The notes: generated by a model not told the origin, from the sequence alone. A DNA stretch of 64,000 nt from an uncultured Elusimicrobia bacterium (GCA_964623465.1 CAZURZ010000001.1:1660-65659), one strand, 5' to 3'. Positions 1-9,928 are shown, counted from the stretch's first letter. Made by a program: numbers and translations.

Positions 1-1
1 C

Positions 2-82
2 TTCAAGCTGCAGGCGCTCTACGGACGCCTGCCGGAGCTCTTCGACAAGGTCAAGGAGCTGGAGAAGAAGAACACGATATGA
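2..82 (+). CDS. 3' end of an upstream gene of unknown function (partial; ...FKLQALYGRLPELFDKVKELEKKNTI*)
   Basis: Open frame entering the window; stop TGA at 80-82 overlaps the lpxC start. Confidence 0.3.
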   Translation, partial: FKLQALYGRLPELFDKVKELEKKNTI

Positions 83-972
83 TGAACGACAACCCGCTGC
101 AGACGACGATCGCCAAGGAAGTCGAACTCGAAGGAGTCGGCCTCCACACCGGAAACAAGTCCAAGATCACGTTCCGGCCGGCGCCGGCCAACACCGGCAT
201 ACGCTTCTTCCGCTCGGACCTCCCGGGCGTGCCCATGATCCCGGCCCGGCTCGAATTCGTGGTCACCACGGTCCGCGGCACCAACCTCGGCCTGGGCGAG
301 GCGCGCGTGCACACCGTGGAGCACGTGCTCTCGGCCTGCACCGGGCTCGGCATCGACAACCTCGACATCCTGGTCACGGCCAACGAGCCGCCCATCATGG
401 ACGGCTCGTCCCTGCCCTTCATCGACGCGCTGATCCGCGCGGGCCTCAAATCGCTCGACGCCCCCAAGCGCTGGCTCCACCTCCCGCACGAGGTGGTCTA
501 TCAGGCCAAGGACGGGGCGCGCTACCGGGCGACGCCCTCCGACAGGTTCGAGGTCGTCGCGACGCTGATCCACGACCATCCGCTGATGCCGAAGATGACG
601 CTCTCCATGACCGTCGAACGCGAGAGCTATCTCGCCGAGGTCGCCCGCGCGCGCACGTTCTGCTTCGAGCACGAGGTCGCCTATCTCAAGTCCCAGGGCC
701 TCGCCCAGGGCGGCTCTCTCGAGAACGCGATCGTCATCGGCAAGGACCGCTTCCACACGAACGAGGAAGGCCTGCGCTTCCCCGACGAGTTCGTGCGCCA
801 CAAGATGCTGGACCTCATCGGCGACCTGACGCTCATCGGCCGCCCGCTCTTCAAGATGCGCATCGAGGCCGAGCGCCTCGGCCACGCCCACAACGTCGAG
901 TTCGCCAAGCTCCTCGACGCCGCGGCCCGGAAGCTGCGCAAGCCCAAGACCCCCGCCCTGGAGGCCAAGTAA
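79..972 (+). CDS. lpxC: UDP-3-O-acyl-N-acetylglucosamine deacetylase
   Basis: 297 aa; the N-terminal and HTVEHVLSA region matches LpxC family signatures as I recall them; sits in the lipid A gene cluster. Confidence 0.9.
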   Translation: MMNDNPLQTTIAKEVELEGVGLHTGNKSKITFRPAPANTGIRFFRSDLPGVPMIPARLEFVVTTVRGTNLGLGEARVHTVEHVLSACTGLGIDNLDILVTANEPPIMDGSSLPFIDALIRAGLKSLDAPKRWLHLPHEVVYQAKDGARYRATPSDRFEVVATLIHDHPLMPKMTLSMTVERESYLAEVARARTFCFEHEVAYLKSQGLAQGGSLENAIVIGKDRFHTNEEGLRFPDEFVRHKMLDLIGDLTLIGRPLFKMRIEAERLGHAHNVEFAKLLDAAARKLRKPKTPALEAK

Positions 973-1458
973 ATGACGACCGAGACGACTCCCGCCGCCA
1001 ACCCGTTCGCCGCCGCGCCGGTCCGCTCCCTGGACATCAACGGCGTCAAGAAGGCCATCCCGCACCGCTACCCCCTGCTGCTCGTCGACCGCATCGACGT
1101 GATCCAGGAGGAGAAGTACTGCGTCGGCACCAAGATGGTCACCGCCAACGAACACTTCTTCGAGGGCCACTTCCCCGGCCAGCCCGTGATGCCCGGCGTG
1201 CTCATCGTCGAGTCGATGGCGCAGACCGCGTGCGCGATGCTGCTCTCCAAGGGCGGCTTCGAGAACAAGATCGCCTTCTTCATGGGCATCGACGAGGCCA
1301 AGTTCCGCGTGCCCGTGCTGCCCGGCTCCGTGCTCAAGCACCACATCGAGATTCTGCGCCTCGGCCGCGCCGGCAAGTTCAAGGGCGAGGCTTACGTCGA
1401 CGGCAAGCTCGCCGCGGAAGCGACGATGACCTTCGCTCTCGTCGACAAGGCGGCCTAA
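973..1458 (+). CDS. fabZ: 3-hydroxyacyl-ACP dehydratase
   Basis: 161 aa; HRYPLLLVDRI...HFPGQPVMPGVLIVE hot-dog fold motif typical of FabZ; immediately follows lpxC. Confidence 0.9.
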   Translation: MTTETTPAANPFAAAPVRSLDINGVKKAIPHRYPLLLVDRIDVIQEEKYCVGTKMVTANEHFFEGHFPGQPVMPGVLIVESMAQTACAMLLSKGGFENKIAFFMGIDEAKFRVPVLPGSVLKHHIEILRLGRAGKFKGEAYVDGKLAAEATMTFALVDKAA

Positions 1459-1462
1459 GGCG

Positions 1463-2275
1463 ATGGCGATCCATCCCAGCGCCGTGGTCGACCCGTCCGC
1501 AAAGATCGATCCGACGGCCGACATCGGCCCCGGGGCGATCATCGGGCCGGAGACCGTGATCGGCCCGCGCACCAAGGTCGGCGCGCACGCCGTCGTCGAG
1601 TTCGCGACGCTCGGCGCCGACAACATCCTCCACCCCGGCTGCTACGTCGGCACGCCTCCTCAGGACTTGAAGTACGCGGGCGAGAAGACGCGCCTGGAGA
1701 TGGGCGACAAGAACGTGGTCCGCGAGTGCGTGACGCTCAACCGCGGCACCGCGCAGGGCGGCGGCCTCACCAAGATCGGCAGCAACTGCCTGTTCATGGC
1801 GTGCTCCCACGTCGCGCACGACTGCGTGGTCGGCAACGGCGTGATCGTCGTCAACGCCGTGCTGCTCGCCGGACACGTCCATGTCGGCGACGGGGCCGTC
1901 CTGGGCGGCGGCTGCGCGATCCACCAGTTCTCGCGCATCGGACGCCTGGCCATGCTCGGCGGCGGCTCGATGAACGGACAGGACGTCCTGCCCTTCGCCA
2001 ACACCCAGGGCGACCGCGCGGTCATGCGCGGCATCAACATGCTCGGCCTCAAGCGGGCGGGGGTGCCCCCGGAATCGCGCTCGGCGCTGAAGGCGGCGTA
2101 CAAGACGCTCTTCCTCTCCGGCCTGACGCAGGCCGACGCGATCGCCCAGCTCAAGGCGGGCGGCAAGCCCGATCCGATCGTCCAGGAGTGGATCGACTTC
2201 ATCGAGTCCTCCGGCAAGCGCGGCTACATCCGTCCCGCCGCCGGCGCGACCGAGCTGGAGGAAGCGGCCGCCTAG
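1463..2275 (+). CDS. lpxA: UDP-N-acetylglucosamine O-acyltransferase
   Basis: 270 aa; left-handed beta-helix hexapeptide repeats; IHPSAVVDPSAKI start typical of LpxA. Confidence 0.9.
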   Translation: MAIHPSAVVDPSAKIDPTADIGPGAIIGPETVIGPRTKVGAHAVVEFATLGADNILHPGCYVGTPPQDLKYAGEKTRLEMGDKNVVRECVTLNRGTAQGGGLTKIGSNCLFMACSHVAHDCVVGNGVIVVNAVLLAGHVHVGDGAVLGGGCAIHQFSRIGRLAMLGGGSMNGQDVLPFANTQGDRAVMRGINMLGLKRAGVPPESRSALKAAYKTLFLSGLTQADAIAQLKAGGKPDPIVQEWIDFIESSGKRGYIRPAAGATELEEAAA

Positions 2276-3111
2276 TGGATCCGCTCGGCCTCGTCGCGGG
2301 CTCCGGACGCTTCCCGCTCCTCGTCGCCGAGGAGGCGCGGCGCCGCGGCGTGCCCGTGGTCGCGCTGGGGATCCCCGGCGTCACGGACCCGGCCCTCGAG
2401 GCCGCGGCCGGGGGGTTGACCTGGTTCAAGCTCGGGCAGATCGACGCGCCGATCAAGGCTCTCAAGGACAAGGGCGTGCGCCGCGTCGTCATGGCGGGCA
2501 AGGTCCAGCATGTCTCGCTGTTCGGCGGCGTGATGCCGGACTGGCGCGCGGCCAAGGTGCTGATGGGCCTCAAGGACAAGCGCACCGACACCATCCTCAA
2601 GGCCGTCGTCGACGAGTTCGCGAAGGACGGGCTGGAGTTCATCTCCTCCGCGCATTATCTCGAGCACCTGCTCGCCCCGAACGGCGCGCTGACGAAGAAG
2701 GCCCTCTCCAAGGAGCAGGCCGCCGACGCCGCTCTCGGCTGGAAGGCGGCCAAGGCCGTCGCAGGCTTCGACATCGGTCAGACCGTGGTCGCGCAGGACA
2801 AGGCGATCGTCGCCGTCGAAGGCATGGAAGGCACCGACGCCTGCGTCGCGCGCGCCGCCGAACTGGCCCGTTCGCAAGGCAAGGAGCCCGCCCTCGTCGT
2901 GGTGAAGGTCGCCAAGCCGCGCCAGGATTTCCGCTTCGACCTGCCCGTCGTCGGACTCGATTCGCTCAAGGCGTTCAAGGCCGCCGGCGTGAGGGCTCTC
3001 GCTCTCGAGGCGGGCTCGACGCTCGTCTTCGATCGCGACGCGTTCGCCCGCGAGGCCGACGCCGCCGGAATCGCCGTCGCCGGTTATCCCCCGGAGGGAC
3101 CCATCTCATGA
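2276..3111 (+). CDS. lpxI: UDP-2,3-diacylglucosamine hydrolase LpxI (DUF1009 family)
   Basis: GTG start immediately after the lpxA stop; LVAGSGRFPLL...VVMAGKV motif of the LpxI family; located between lpxA and lpxB as in Caulobacter. Confidence 0.8.
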
Positions 3112-4148
3112 CGCAGTCCAAGATCCGCGTCGCCGTCGTCGGCGCCGGCAAGATGGGCACGCACCACGCGCGCGCGCTGTCGAAAGCCGAGGGCATCGAG
3201 CTCGTCGGCGTCTGCGACACGAACGTCTGGAAGGCCCAGCTCGCGGCCTGGCAGTCGAACACCGTCGCCGTGCGCGACTACAAGGACGTGCTGTCCCGGG
3301 TGGACGCCGTCGTCGTCGCCGTGCCCACGCCCCTGCATTACGAGGTCGGCAAGGCGGTCCTGGAGGCGGGGGCGCACTGCCTCATCGAGAAGCCCCTCGC
3401 GTCCTCGGTCGACGAGGCCAAGGAACTCCTCGCCCTGTCGGAGGAAAACGGCCTCGTCCTGCAGGTCGGGCACATCGAGCGCTTCAACCCGGCCGTGCTC
3501 GAGGCGGTCCAGCACATCCGCGATCCGCGCTACATCACCGTCGAGCGGCTCGGCCCCTACGATCCGCGCATGAGCCACATCGGCGTGGTCATGGACCTGA
3601 TGATCCACGATCTCGACATCCTCCTGACCCTCGTCGGGTCCGAGGTCGAGTCCATCGAGGCCCTCGGCGCCAACCTCTTCGCCAAGCATGAGGACATCGC
3701 GAACGTGCGGGTGCGCTTCAAGACCGGCTGCGTCGCCGATTTGACCGCCAGCCGCATCTCGCTGACCAAGAGCCGCAAGCTGCGCGCGTTCCAGAAGGAC
3801 AGCTACATCTCCCTCGATTACGGCGGCGCCGCCCTCAAGGTCTACCGCAAGAAATCGGCGACCATCAAGAGCCTCAAGGACGTCGAGATCCTGACGCCGA
3901 AGCTCTCTTCGACCGACCCGCTGCGCAACGAGCACCAGCACTTCCTCGACTGCATCCGGCACAACCGCAAGCCGTGGCCGAGCGGCGAGCGCGGCGTCGA
4001 GGCGCTGAAGCTGGCTCTGCAGATCTCCGAGGAGTTGGAGCGCTACGAGCTGTCCGGCCACGCCGGCTCGCGCTCGCTCATCCCCTCGTGGGCCCAGGAC
4101 CTGGGCAAGATCGCCAAGAACGTCGGCAAGGACATCCTGCGCAGCTGA
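3108..4148 (+). CDS. Gfo/Idh/MocA-family NAD(P)-dependent oxidoreductase (possibly GnnA-like UDP-GlcNAc 3-dehydrogenase)
   Basis: 346 aa; N-terminal Rossmann motif VAVVGAGKMG and EKP motif; ATG overlaps the lpxI stop (ATGA); embedded in the lpx cluster. Confidence 0.8.
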   Translation: MTQSKIRVAVVGAGKMGTHHARALSKAEGIELVGVCDTNVWKAQLAAWQSNTVAVRDYKDVLSRVDAVVVAVPTPLHYEVGKAVLEAGAHCLIEKPLASSVDEAKELLALSEENGLVLQVGHIERFNPAVLEAVQHIRDPRYITVERLGPYDPRMSHIGVVMDLMIHDLDILLTLVGSEVESIEALGANLFAKHEDIANVRVRFKTGCVADLTASRISLTKSRKLRAFQKDSYISLDYGGAALKVYRKKSATIKSLKDVEILTPKLSSTDPLRNEHQHFLDCIRHNRKPWPSGERGVEALKLALQISEELERYELSGHAGSRSLIPSWAQDLGKIAKNVGKDILRS

Positions 4149-5260
4149 TGAAGGGGCCGCTTTTTCTCGTCGTCTGCGGGGATCCTTCCGGCGATCTGCA
4201 CGCGTCGGGCCTGATCCGGGCGCTCAAGGCGCGCGAGCCCGGCGCGCGCGTCGCCGCCGTGGGCGGCCCGCTCTGCCGCGAGGCCGCCGACGAGTTTCTC
4301 GAGGATCTGGCCTCCCGCGGCGTGACGGGCTTCTGGGAACCGGCCCTCAAACTCGGCTTCCTCCTCAAGCTGGCCCGCCGCATCAAGCGCTTCCTGGAGG
4401 AGCGCCGGCCGGCCGCGCTCGTCTGCGTCGACTACTACGGCTTCAACCGCCGCATCCTGCCCTACGCCAAGACCGCCGGGGTTCCCGCTTGGTATTTCGT
4501 CAGTCCCCAGGTCTGGGCCAGCCGTCCGGGACGCGTGAAGGTGCTCAAGCGTCTCGTCGACAAGATGCTCTTGATCTTTCCCTTCGAGGAAAAGATATAC
4601 CGCGACGCCGGCGTGCCCGCCGAGTTCGTGGGCCACCCCCTGCTCGACCTCATCCCCGAGCCGCCGGCGCGCCGCGAGGGCACGAATCTCGTCGGCATCC
4701 TGCCCGGCAGCCGCTCCTCCGAGATCCGCCGCCACCTCCCCGTCCTGCTCGAGGCCTTCCGCCTCCTGCGCCTGAAGAACCCGCACCTCGAGGCCCGCCT
4801 CTTCGCGGCCGCCAACCAGCCCGACTCCGCCTACGGGAAGCTGCCCGCCGGAGTCGAACTCGTGCGCGAGCACGACTACCGCGAGCGCGCGGCGCTCGAC
4901 GTCGCGCTGTGCTCGTCGGGAACCGCGACGCTCGAGAACGCCCTGCTCGGCGTGCCGATGGTCGTGATCTACAAGCTGTCCTGGCCGACCTACGCGATCG
5001 CGCGCGCGATCGTGAAGGTCAAGCACATCGCCATGGCCAACCTCCTGGCCGGCAAGACGGTGGTCCCCGAGCTGATCCAGCGCGAGGCCACACCGGCGCG
5101 CGTCTTCGTCGAGGCCTCCGCCTTCCTCGACGAGCCCGCGAAGGCCGCGGCCGCCCGCGCCGAACTGCTGGCGGTCCGCCGCTCGCTCGGGACGCCCGGC
5201 GCCGCCGGCCGCGCCGCGGACGCGCTGCTCGCCGGAATCCGCCAAGGAGCCGCGGCATGA
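4148..5260 (+). CDS. lpxB: lipid-A-disaccharide synthase
   Basis: MKGPLFLVVCGDPSGDLHASGLIRALK matches the LpxB N-terminus; start overlaps the upstream stop. Confidence 0.85.
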   Translation: MKGPLFLVVCGDPSGDLHASGLIRALKAREPGARVAAVGGPLCREAADEFLEDLASRGVTGFWEPALKLGFLLKLARRIKRFLEERRPAALVCVDYYGFNRRILPYAKTAGVPAWYFVSPQVWASRPGRVKVLKRLVDKMLLIFPFEEKIYRDAGVPAEFVGHPLLDLIPEPPARREGTNLVGILPGSRSSEIRRHLPVLLEAFRLLRLKNPHLEARLFAAANQPDSAYGKLPAGVELVREHDYRERAALDVALCSSGTATLENALLGVPMVVIYKLSWPTYAIARAIVKVKHIAMANLLAGKTVVPELIQREATPARVFVEASAFLDEPAKAAAARAELLAVRRSLGTPGAAGRAADALLAGIRQGAAA

Positions 5261-7008
5261 GCGTCCGGCGCCGCCTTCTGCGCTACCTCAAGCCGTACCT
5301 GGGCCGCTTCGGCTGGGCGTGCGCCGCGATGGCCGCCGTCTCCGCCTTCAACGGCCTGACGGTGCTCCTGCTCAAGCCGATCGTCGACGAGGTCTTCATC
5401 GCCAAGGACCTGCGCATGCTCGCGCTGGCCGTGGCGGGCCTGCCCCTGCTCGTCGCTCTCAAGGCCGTCGCCTCCTACGCGCAGAACTACTTGATGAGCT
5501 GGATCGGCCAGCGCGTCAGCCAGCAGATCCGCGAGGACCTCTTCCGGCACCTGCACCTCCTGCCGCTCGAATTCTACTCGGGCCTGCGCGGCGCCGACGT
5601 GCTCTCCCGCGTGACCGGAGACCTCACCCTGGCCCAGTCGGCCCTGACGACCCTGCCCGTGTACCTCATCCGCGACACGCTCACCGTCGCGTTCCTCGTC
5701 GCCTCGCTGTTCAAGCTCGACTGGCGCTTCGCCCTGCTCACGGTGCTGTGCTCGCCGCTGTCGCTCGCCGCCCTGCTCGTGCTCTCCAAGAAGATGCGCG
5801 CGGCCAGCCGCCAATCTCAGATCGCGGTCGACCGCCTGCACCATCGGTTCCAGGAGAGCGTCCAGGGCATGACGACGGTGAAGGCCTTCAACTACGAGGA
5901 AGGCGCCACCGAGAAGTTCCAGGAGGAGAACGAGTCCTTCTTCCAGCCGATGATGCGCTATCTGCGCGCCACGGCCCTGATGAATCCGCTTCTCGAGGCC
6001 GGCGCCTCGGTGGCGGTCGCCGCGGTGATCTGGTTCGGAGGACGGGAAGTCATCAACGGCCGCATGACTCCCGGCGCTTTCTTCGCCTTCCTCGGCGCCC
6101 TCATCGCCTCGTACGCGCCGATCAAGAATCTCGCCCGCGTCAACGCCGAGGCCCAGCGCGCCTGGGCGTCGGCCGAGCGCCTGTTCCGGCTCCTGGAGGA
6201 GAAGCCCGCCGTCCCCAAGAGCCGCAAGCCCCCGCTCCCGCCGCTCTCCCGCGCGATCACGCTCGAGGGCGCGAGCTTCAAGTATCCCGGCGCGTCCGGC
6301 TGGGCCCTGCGCGGCCTCGACCTGGAGATCCCCAAGGGCGCCCGCGTCGCGATCGCGGGTCCCAGCGGCTGCGGCAAGACCACGGTCGCCAAGCTTCTCC
6401 TGCGCCTGCACGATCCGGCCGAGGGGCGGGTCGCCTTCGACGGCGTCGACGCGCGGGAATTCGACGCGGCCTCGATCCGCGCGCGCGCCGGCTTCGTCCC
6501 CGCCGACGCCCTGCTCTTCAACGACACCGTCCTGCAGAATCTCGCCCTGGGCCGCAAGGTCGTCACCCTCTCGGAGGTCGAGCGCGCGGCGCGCGCCGCC
6601 GGAGCGGACGCCTTCATCTCGGCCCTGCCCGAGGGCTACCGCACGACGATCGGCGACTGGGGCTTCTCGCTGTCGTCGGGCCAGCGGCAGAAGCTGGCCA
6701 TCGCGCGCGTGCTGGTCAAGGACCCCGAGCTCATCGTGCTCGACGAGGCCACCTCGCATCTGGACGCCGCCTCGCGCGGGGAGGTTCTGGCGGCCCTGGA
6801 GACCGCCTTCGCCGGCCGCACCGTGGTGTCGATCACCCACGATCTCGCGTCCGCTCCTCAATCGGATCTCATCTACGTGCTCAATTCCTCCGGCTCCCTC
6901 GCCGAGAAGGGGACGCACGCCGAATTAATGCGCGCCGGCGGCCTGTACCGCCGCCTTTACGATCTCCAGAGCGCGTCGCGCGACGCCGGACCGGAGGCCC
7001 TCGCTTGA
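5257..7008 (+). CDS. msbA: lipid A export ABC transporter, fused permease/ATPase (MsbA-like)
   Basis: 583 aa; six-TM N-terminal domain plus Walker A GPSGCGKTT, ABC signature LSSGQRQ and Walker B LVLDEATS; start overlaps the lpxB stop. Confidence 0.8.
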   Translation: MSVRRRLLRYLKPYLGRFGWACAAMAAVSAFNGLTVLLLKPIVDEVFIAKDLRMLALAVAGLPLLVALKAVASYAQNYLMSWIGQRVSQQIREDLFRHLHLLPLEFYSGLRGADVLSRVTGDLTLAQSALTTLPVYLIRDTLTVAFLVASLFKLDWRFALLTVLCSPLSLAALLVLSKKMRAASRQSQIAVDRLHHRFQESVQGMTTVKAFNYEEGATEKFQEENESFFQPMMRYLRATALMNPLLEAGASVAVAAVIWFGGREVINGRMTPGAFFAFLGALIASYAPIKNLARVNAEAQRAWASAERLFRLLEEKPAVPKSRKPPLPPLSRAITLEGASFKYPGASGWALRGLDLEIPKGARVAIAGPSGCGKTTVAKLLLRLHDPAEGRVAFDGVDAREFDAASIRARAGFVPADALLFNDTVLQNLALGRKVVTLSEVERAARAAGADAFISALPEGYRTTIGDWGFSLSSGQRQKLAIARVLVKDPELIVLDEATSHLDAASRGEVLAALETAFAGRTVVSITHDLASAPQSDLIYVLNSSGSLAEKGTHAELMRAGGLYRRLYDLQSASRDAGPEALA

Positions 7009-8450
7009 TCCAGAAGAACGAGCTCCTGGCGCGCTTCGCCGCATACTCGCCCCACGTCGATCCCATCGCGCTCGAACTGGCGTGGGACTTCGCGGAAAAG
7101 GTCCATCTCAACCAGGCGCGCGCCTCGGGCGATCACTATCTGACGCACTGCGCCGCGGTGGCGGAGTCGCTCGTGGAGTGGCGCATGGACCTGCCGTCGG
7201 TGTGCGCCGGCCTCCTGCACGACACGATCGAGGACACGTCCACGACCGAGACGCAGCTGCGGGCCGAATTCGGGGAGGAGATCGCCATGCTCGTCATGGG
7301 CGTCACCAAGCTCGACGCCCTCAAGTTCGAGTCCCGCGACGAGGCCCAGGCCGAGAACTGGCGCAAGATGCTCCTGGCGACCGCGCAGGACATCCGCGTC
7401 ATCGTCGTGAAGCTCGCCGACCGCCTGCACAACATGAAGACGCTCAACTTCCTCAAGCGCGAGAAGCAGGAGCGCATCGCGGCCGAGACGATGGCGCTCT
7501 ACGCGCCGCTCGCTCACCGGCTGGGGATGTTCAAGCTCAAAGGAGAGCTCGAGGACCTGGCGTTCATGTACCTGCATCCGGAGGAGCACGCCGAGCTCTC
7601 CAAGAAAGTGGAGGCGACCTTGGCCGGCAGCGAGAAGAACCTCGCCGCCACCCGCGCCGCCGTCGAGAAGGTGCTCGAGAACGCCAACATCCCGTGCCGG
7701 ATCCTCGAACGACGCAAGACGCTGTGGTCCATCTACGGCAAGATGGAGCGCCAGGGCAAGCCGTTCGAGGACATTCAAGACGCTCTGGGCGTCCGCCTGA
7801 TCACCGACACCGTGGCCAACTGCTACGCCCTGCTGGGGATCGTCCACACCCATTTCCGCCCGGTCGCCGGCTCCTTCACCGACTACATCTCCACGCCCAA
7901 GCTGAACCTCTACAGGTCGCTGCACACCACGATCGTTTCCCCGACGGGAGAACTCGTCGAGATCCAGATCCGCACCGAGGAGATGCACCGCTCATCCGAG
8001 TACGGCATCGCCGCGCACTGGCGCTACAAGACCGGGGAATCGGCGCGCGACGCGCATCTGGAGGAGAAGCTCAACTGGCTGCGGCAGTGGATGGAGTGGC
8101 TCCAGGACCTGAACTCGCCGCGCGAGTTCCTCGATTCGCTCAAGACCGATCTCGAATTCAACCAGGTCTTCGTCTTCACGCCCGCCGGCGAGGTGAAGGT
8201 CCTGCCCGCGGGCGCCACGCCCCTCGACTTCGCCTTCGCCGTGCACACCCAGGTCGGCATGTCCTGCGTCGGCGCCCAGGTCAACAACAAGATGGTCAAG
8301 CTCGACCACGCGCTGAAATCCGGCGACATCTGCAAGATCATCACGAAGAAGGGCTCCACGCCGAAGAAGGACTGGCTGAATTACGTCAAGACCGCCCGCG
8401 CGCGCTCCAAGATCCGCCACTACCTGCGCGAACAGGGGATCGTCGCGTGA
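7005..8450 (+). CDS. short RelA/SpoT homologue: HD hydrolase + (p)ppGpp synthetase + TGS domain, no C-terminal regulatory domains
   Basis: 481 aa; HD motif HDTIED; synthetase region RLITDT...YRSLHTTI; TGS-like VFVFTPAGEVKVLPAGATPLDFAF; TTG start with GGAGG 9 nt upstream; ends directly after the TGS domain. Confidence 0.8.
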   Translation: MIQKNELLARFAAYSPHVDPIALELAWDFAEKVHLNQARASGDHYLTHCAAVAESLVEWRMDLPSVCAGLLHDTIEDTSTTETQLRAEFGEEIAMLVMGVTKLDALKFESRDEAQAENWRKMLLATAQDIRVIVVKLADRLHNMKTLNFLKREKQERIAAETMALYAPLAHRLGMFKLKGELEDLAFMYLHPEEHAELSKKVEATLAGSEKNLAATRAAVEKVLENANIPCRILERRKTLWSIYGKMERQGKPFEDIQDALGVRLITDTVANCYALLGIVHTHFRPVAGSFTDYISTPKLNLYRSLHTTIVSPTGELVEIQIRTEEMHRSSEYGIAAHWRYKTGESARDAHLEEKLNWLRQWMEWLQDLNSPREFLDSLKTDLEFNQVFVFTPAGEVKVLPAGATPLDFAFAVHTQVGMSCVGAQVNNKMVKLDHALKSGDICKIITKKGSTPKKDWLNYVKTARARSKIRHYLREQGIVA

Positions 8451-8905
8451 GGAGACTCCTCGTCCTCGCCGTCCTCCTGACGGCGGCCTGCTCCCGTCAG
8501 GCCGCGCAGAACTACAAGAAGTGCCTCAAGCTCCGCGTCGGCATGACGCGCGAAGAGATTCTCGCGGCGATGGGCCCGGCCGACGAGACGCTGCCCTACG
8601 TCGAGGGCGAAAGCCTGCCGCACATGAAGGGACGAACCGCCTATGAATGGGCCACGCCCGCGTCGATGCCCGCCCCCGTCCGCGTCTCGGTGGACGAGGC
8701 GAGCGGCAAGGCCGAGAGCATCCGCTGCGCGGACGTCGCCGTGACCGCGGCCGTGTTCGTCGAGCCGCCCGAGCCCGCCGTCTCGTCCGCCGCCGCCGCG
8801 GGCGCGCTCCAGAGCGCGCCCGTCGAAGCGCCCGCTCCGCGGCGCGCGCCGCGCGAACGCTCCTCGTCCAGCGCGATGTCCAGCGGCCGCCCTCTCACCG
8901 AATGA
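8447..8905 (+). CDS. hypothetical lipoprotein
   Basis: GTG start overlapping the rel stop; signal peptide with lipobox LTAAC. Confidence 0.5.
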   Translation: MRRLLVLAVLLTAACSRQAAQNYKKCLKLRVGMTREEILAAMGPADETLPYVEGESLPHMKGRTAYEWATPASMPAPVRVSVDEASGKAESIRCADVAVTAAVFVEPPEPAVSSAAAAGALQSAPVEAPAPRRAPRERSSSSAMSSGRPLTE

Positions 8906-9420
8906 GGCGCGCGGCCCTGCTGGCGGCCCTTCTTCTCTCGGCCTGCGGCGAGAAGGCGCCGCCCCCCGCTCAATCCGGCGCGCACCCTTCGGCCGACGCC
9001 GTCGGAGCCGAACTGGCGAGTTTCGCGCAGATCCTCGTCCCGATCGTCCCGGCGTCGCTCGACGAGTACAAACGCGCCGCCGAATTCCGGGGCGGCGAGG
9101 CCAACGTCGGGGACGGAGACGTGTCGCTGTCCTATTCGCGCGGCGCCAGCGTCGTGGCGGGTTCGACCATCACCGTGTTCGTGGGCTATGCGGGCGCCTG
9201 GCTCATGCCCGTCGAAACGACCGCGCGGCCCATGACGCCCCTTCAGTTCCTGCGCGCCCTGGACTCCGCGGTGGACTGCGCCGGAGCGGTGGTGCTCGCC
9301 CCGCGCGGGAAGCTCTACGTTCCGCGAGAGCAGCTCATGGACGTGACCATCGCGGCCCAGAAGGCCGACGCCCCGGCCAAGGACGCGCCGCTCGTCTTGA
9401 TCCGCGGCTCGGCCCGCTGA
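8902..9420 (+). CDS. hypothetical lipoprotein
   Basis: ATG overlaps the upstream stop; signal peptide with lipobox LSAC. Confidence 0.5.
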   Translation: MRRAALLAALLLSACGEKAPPPAQSGAHPSADAVGAELASFAQILVPIVPASLDEYKRAAEFRGGEANVGDGDVSLSYSRGASVVAGSTITVFVGYAGAWLMPVETTARPMTPLQFLRALDSAVDCAGAVVLAPRGKLYVPREQLMDVTIAAQKADAPAKDAPLVLIRGSAR

Positions 9421-9424
9421 GACG

Positions 9425-9928
9425 TCAGTCCCAGTCGTCGTCCGACTCGCCCAGGACCCTGGCCGCCTTCTCATCGATGAGGCGCTCCCGCGAAGCCTTG
9501 CGCTTGGCCAGCTTCTCCCTCATCTGAGCGGCGCGCTTCTCCATCTGTGAGAGCATGGCCGAATCCACGGCCAATTTCGCGTCGAACAGTTCCGCGACCG
9601 CCTTGCGGACCGCGGCCTTGTCGGCGCTCTTGCCGCCGCGGGCCAGCTCGCGGACCTTCTCCTGCGCCTCGCGGTACGCCTCGTGCTTCTCCTTCATCTC
9701 GGGGTCGAGCGGAGGCCGTCCCCGTCCCTCGCGGCCGAAGCGGCCCTCGCCGTCCGGGCGCCCTTCGCGCCCCGGCCGCCGGCGCGGACCGTCGCCCGGC
9801 TCCCCGGACTCGCCGGCGCGCTCGCTCCTCTCCACGATGACGCGCTCGGTCTCGATCTCCTCCGCGAGCGCCGTCGCGGCTCCGCCGGCGGACAGGATCA
9901 CGGCCAAAGTCAGAATCGGAATGTTCAT
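9425..9928 (-). CDS. hypothetical secreted protein (charged, coiled-coil rich)
   Basis: ATG at 9926-9928 preceded by a GGAGGAG ribosome-binding site; cleavable signal peptide MNIPILTLAVILSAGGAATALA. Confidence 0.55.
   Translation of the reverse strand: MNIPILTLAVILSAGGAATALAEEIETERVIVERSERAGESGEPGDGPRRRPGREGRPDGEGRFGREGRGRPPLDPEMKEKHEAYREAQEKVRELARGGKSADKAAVRKAVAELFDAKLAVDSAMLSQMEKRAAQMREKLAKRKASRERLIDEKAARVLGESDDDWD

Noticed and set aside
19-1626. 535-aa minus-strand ORF spanning lpxC-fabZ-lpxA
   Set aside because: Arg/Gly/Asp-rich low-complexity translation antisense to three well-supported genes; a typical high-GC artefact
5319-8450. 1043-aa ORF in the track suggesting a giant protein
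   Set aside because: Only the last 481 codons (from TTG 7005) carry RelA/SpoT homology. The upstream part is an Arg/Pro-rich out-of-frame read-through across msbA
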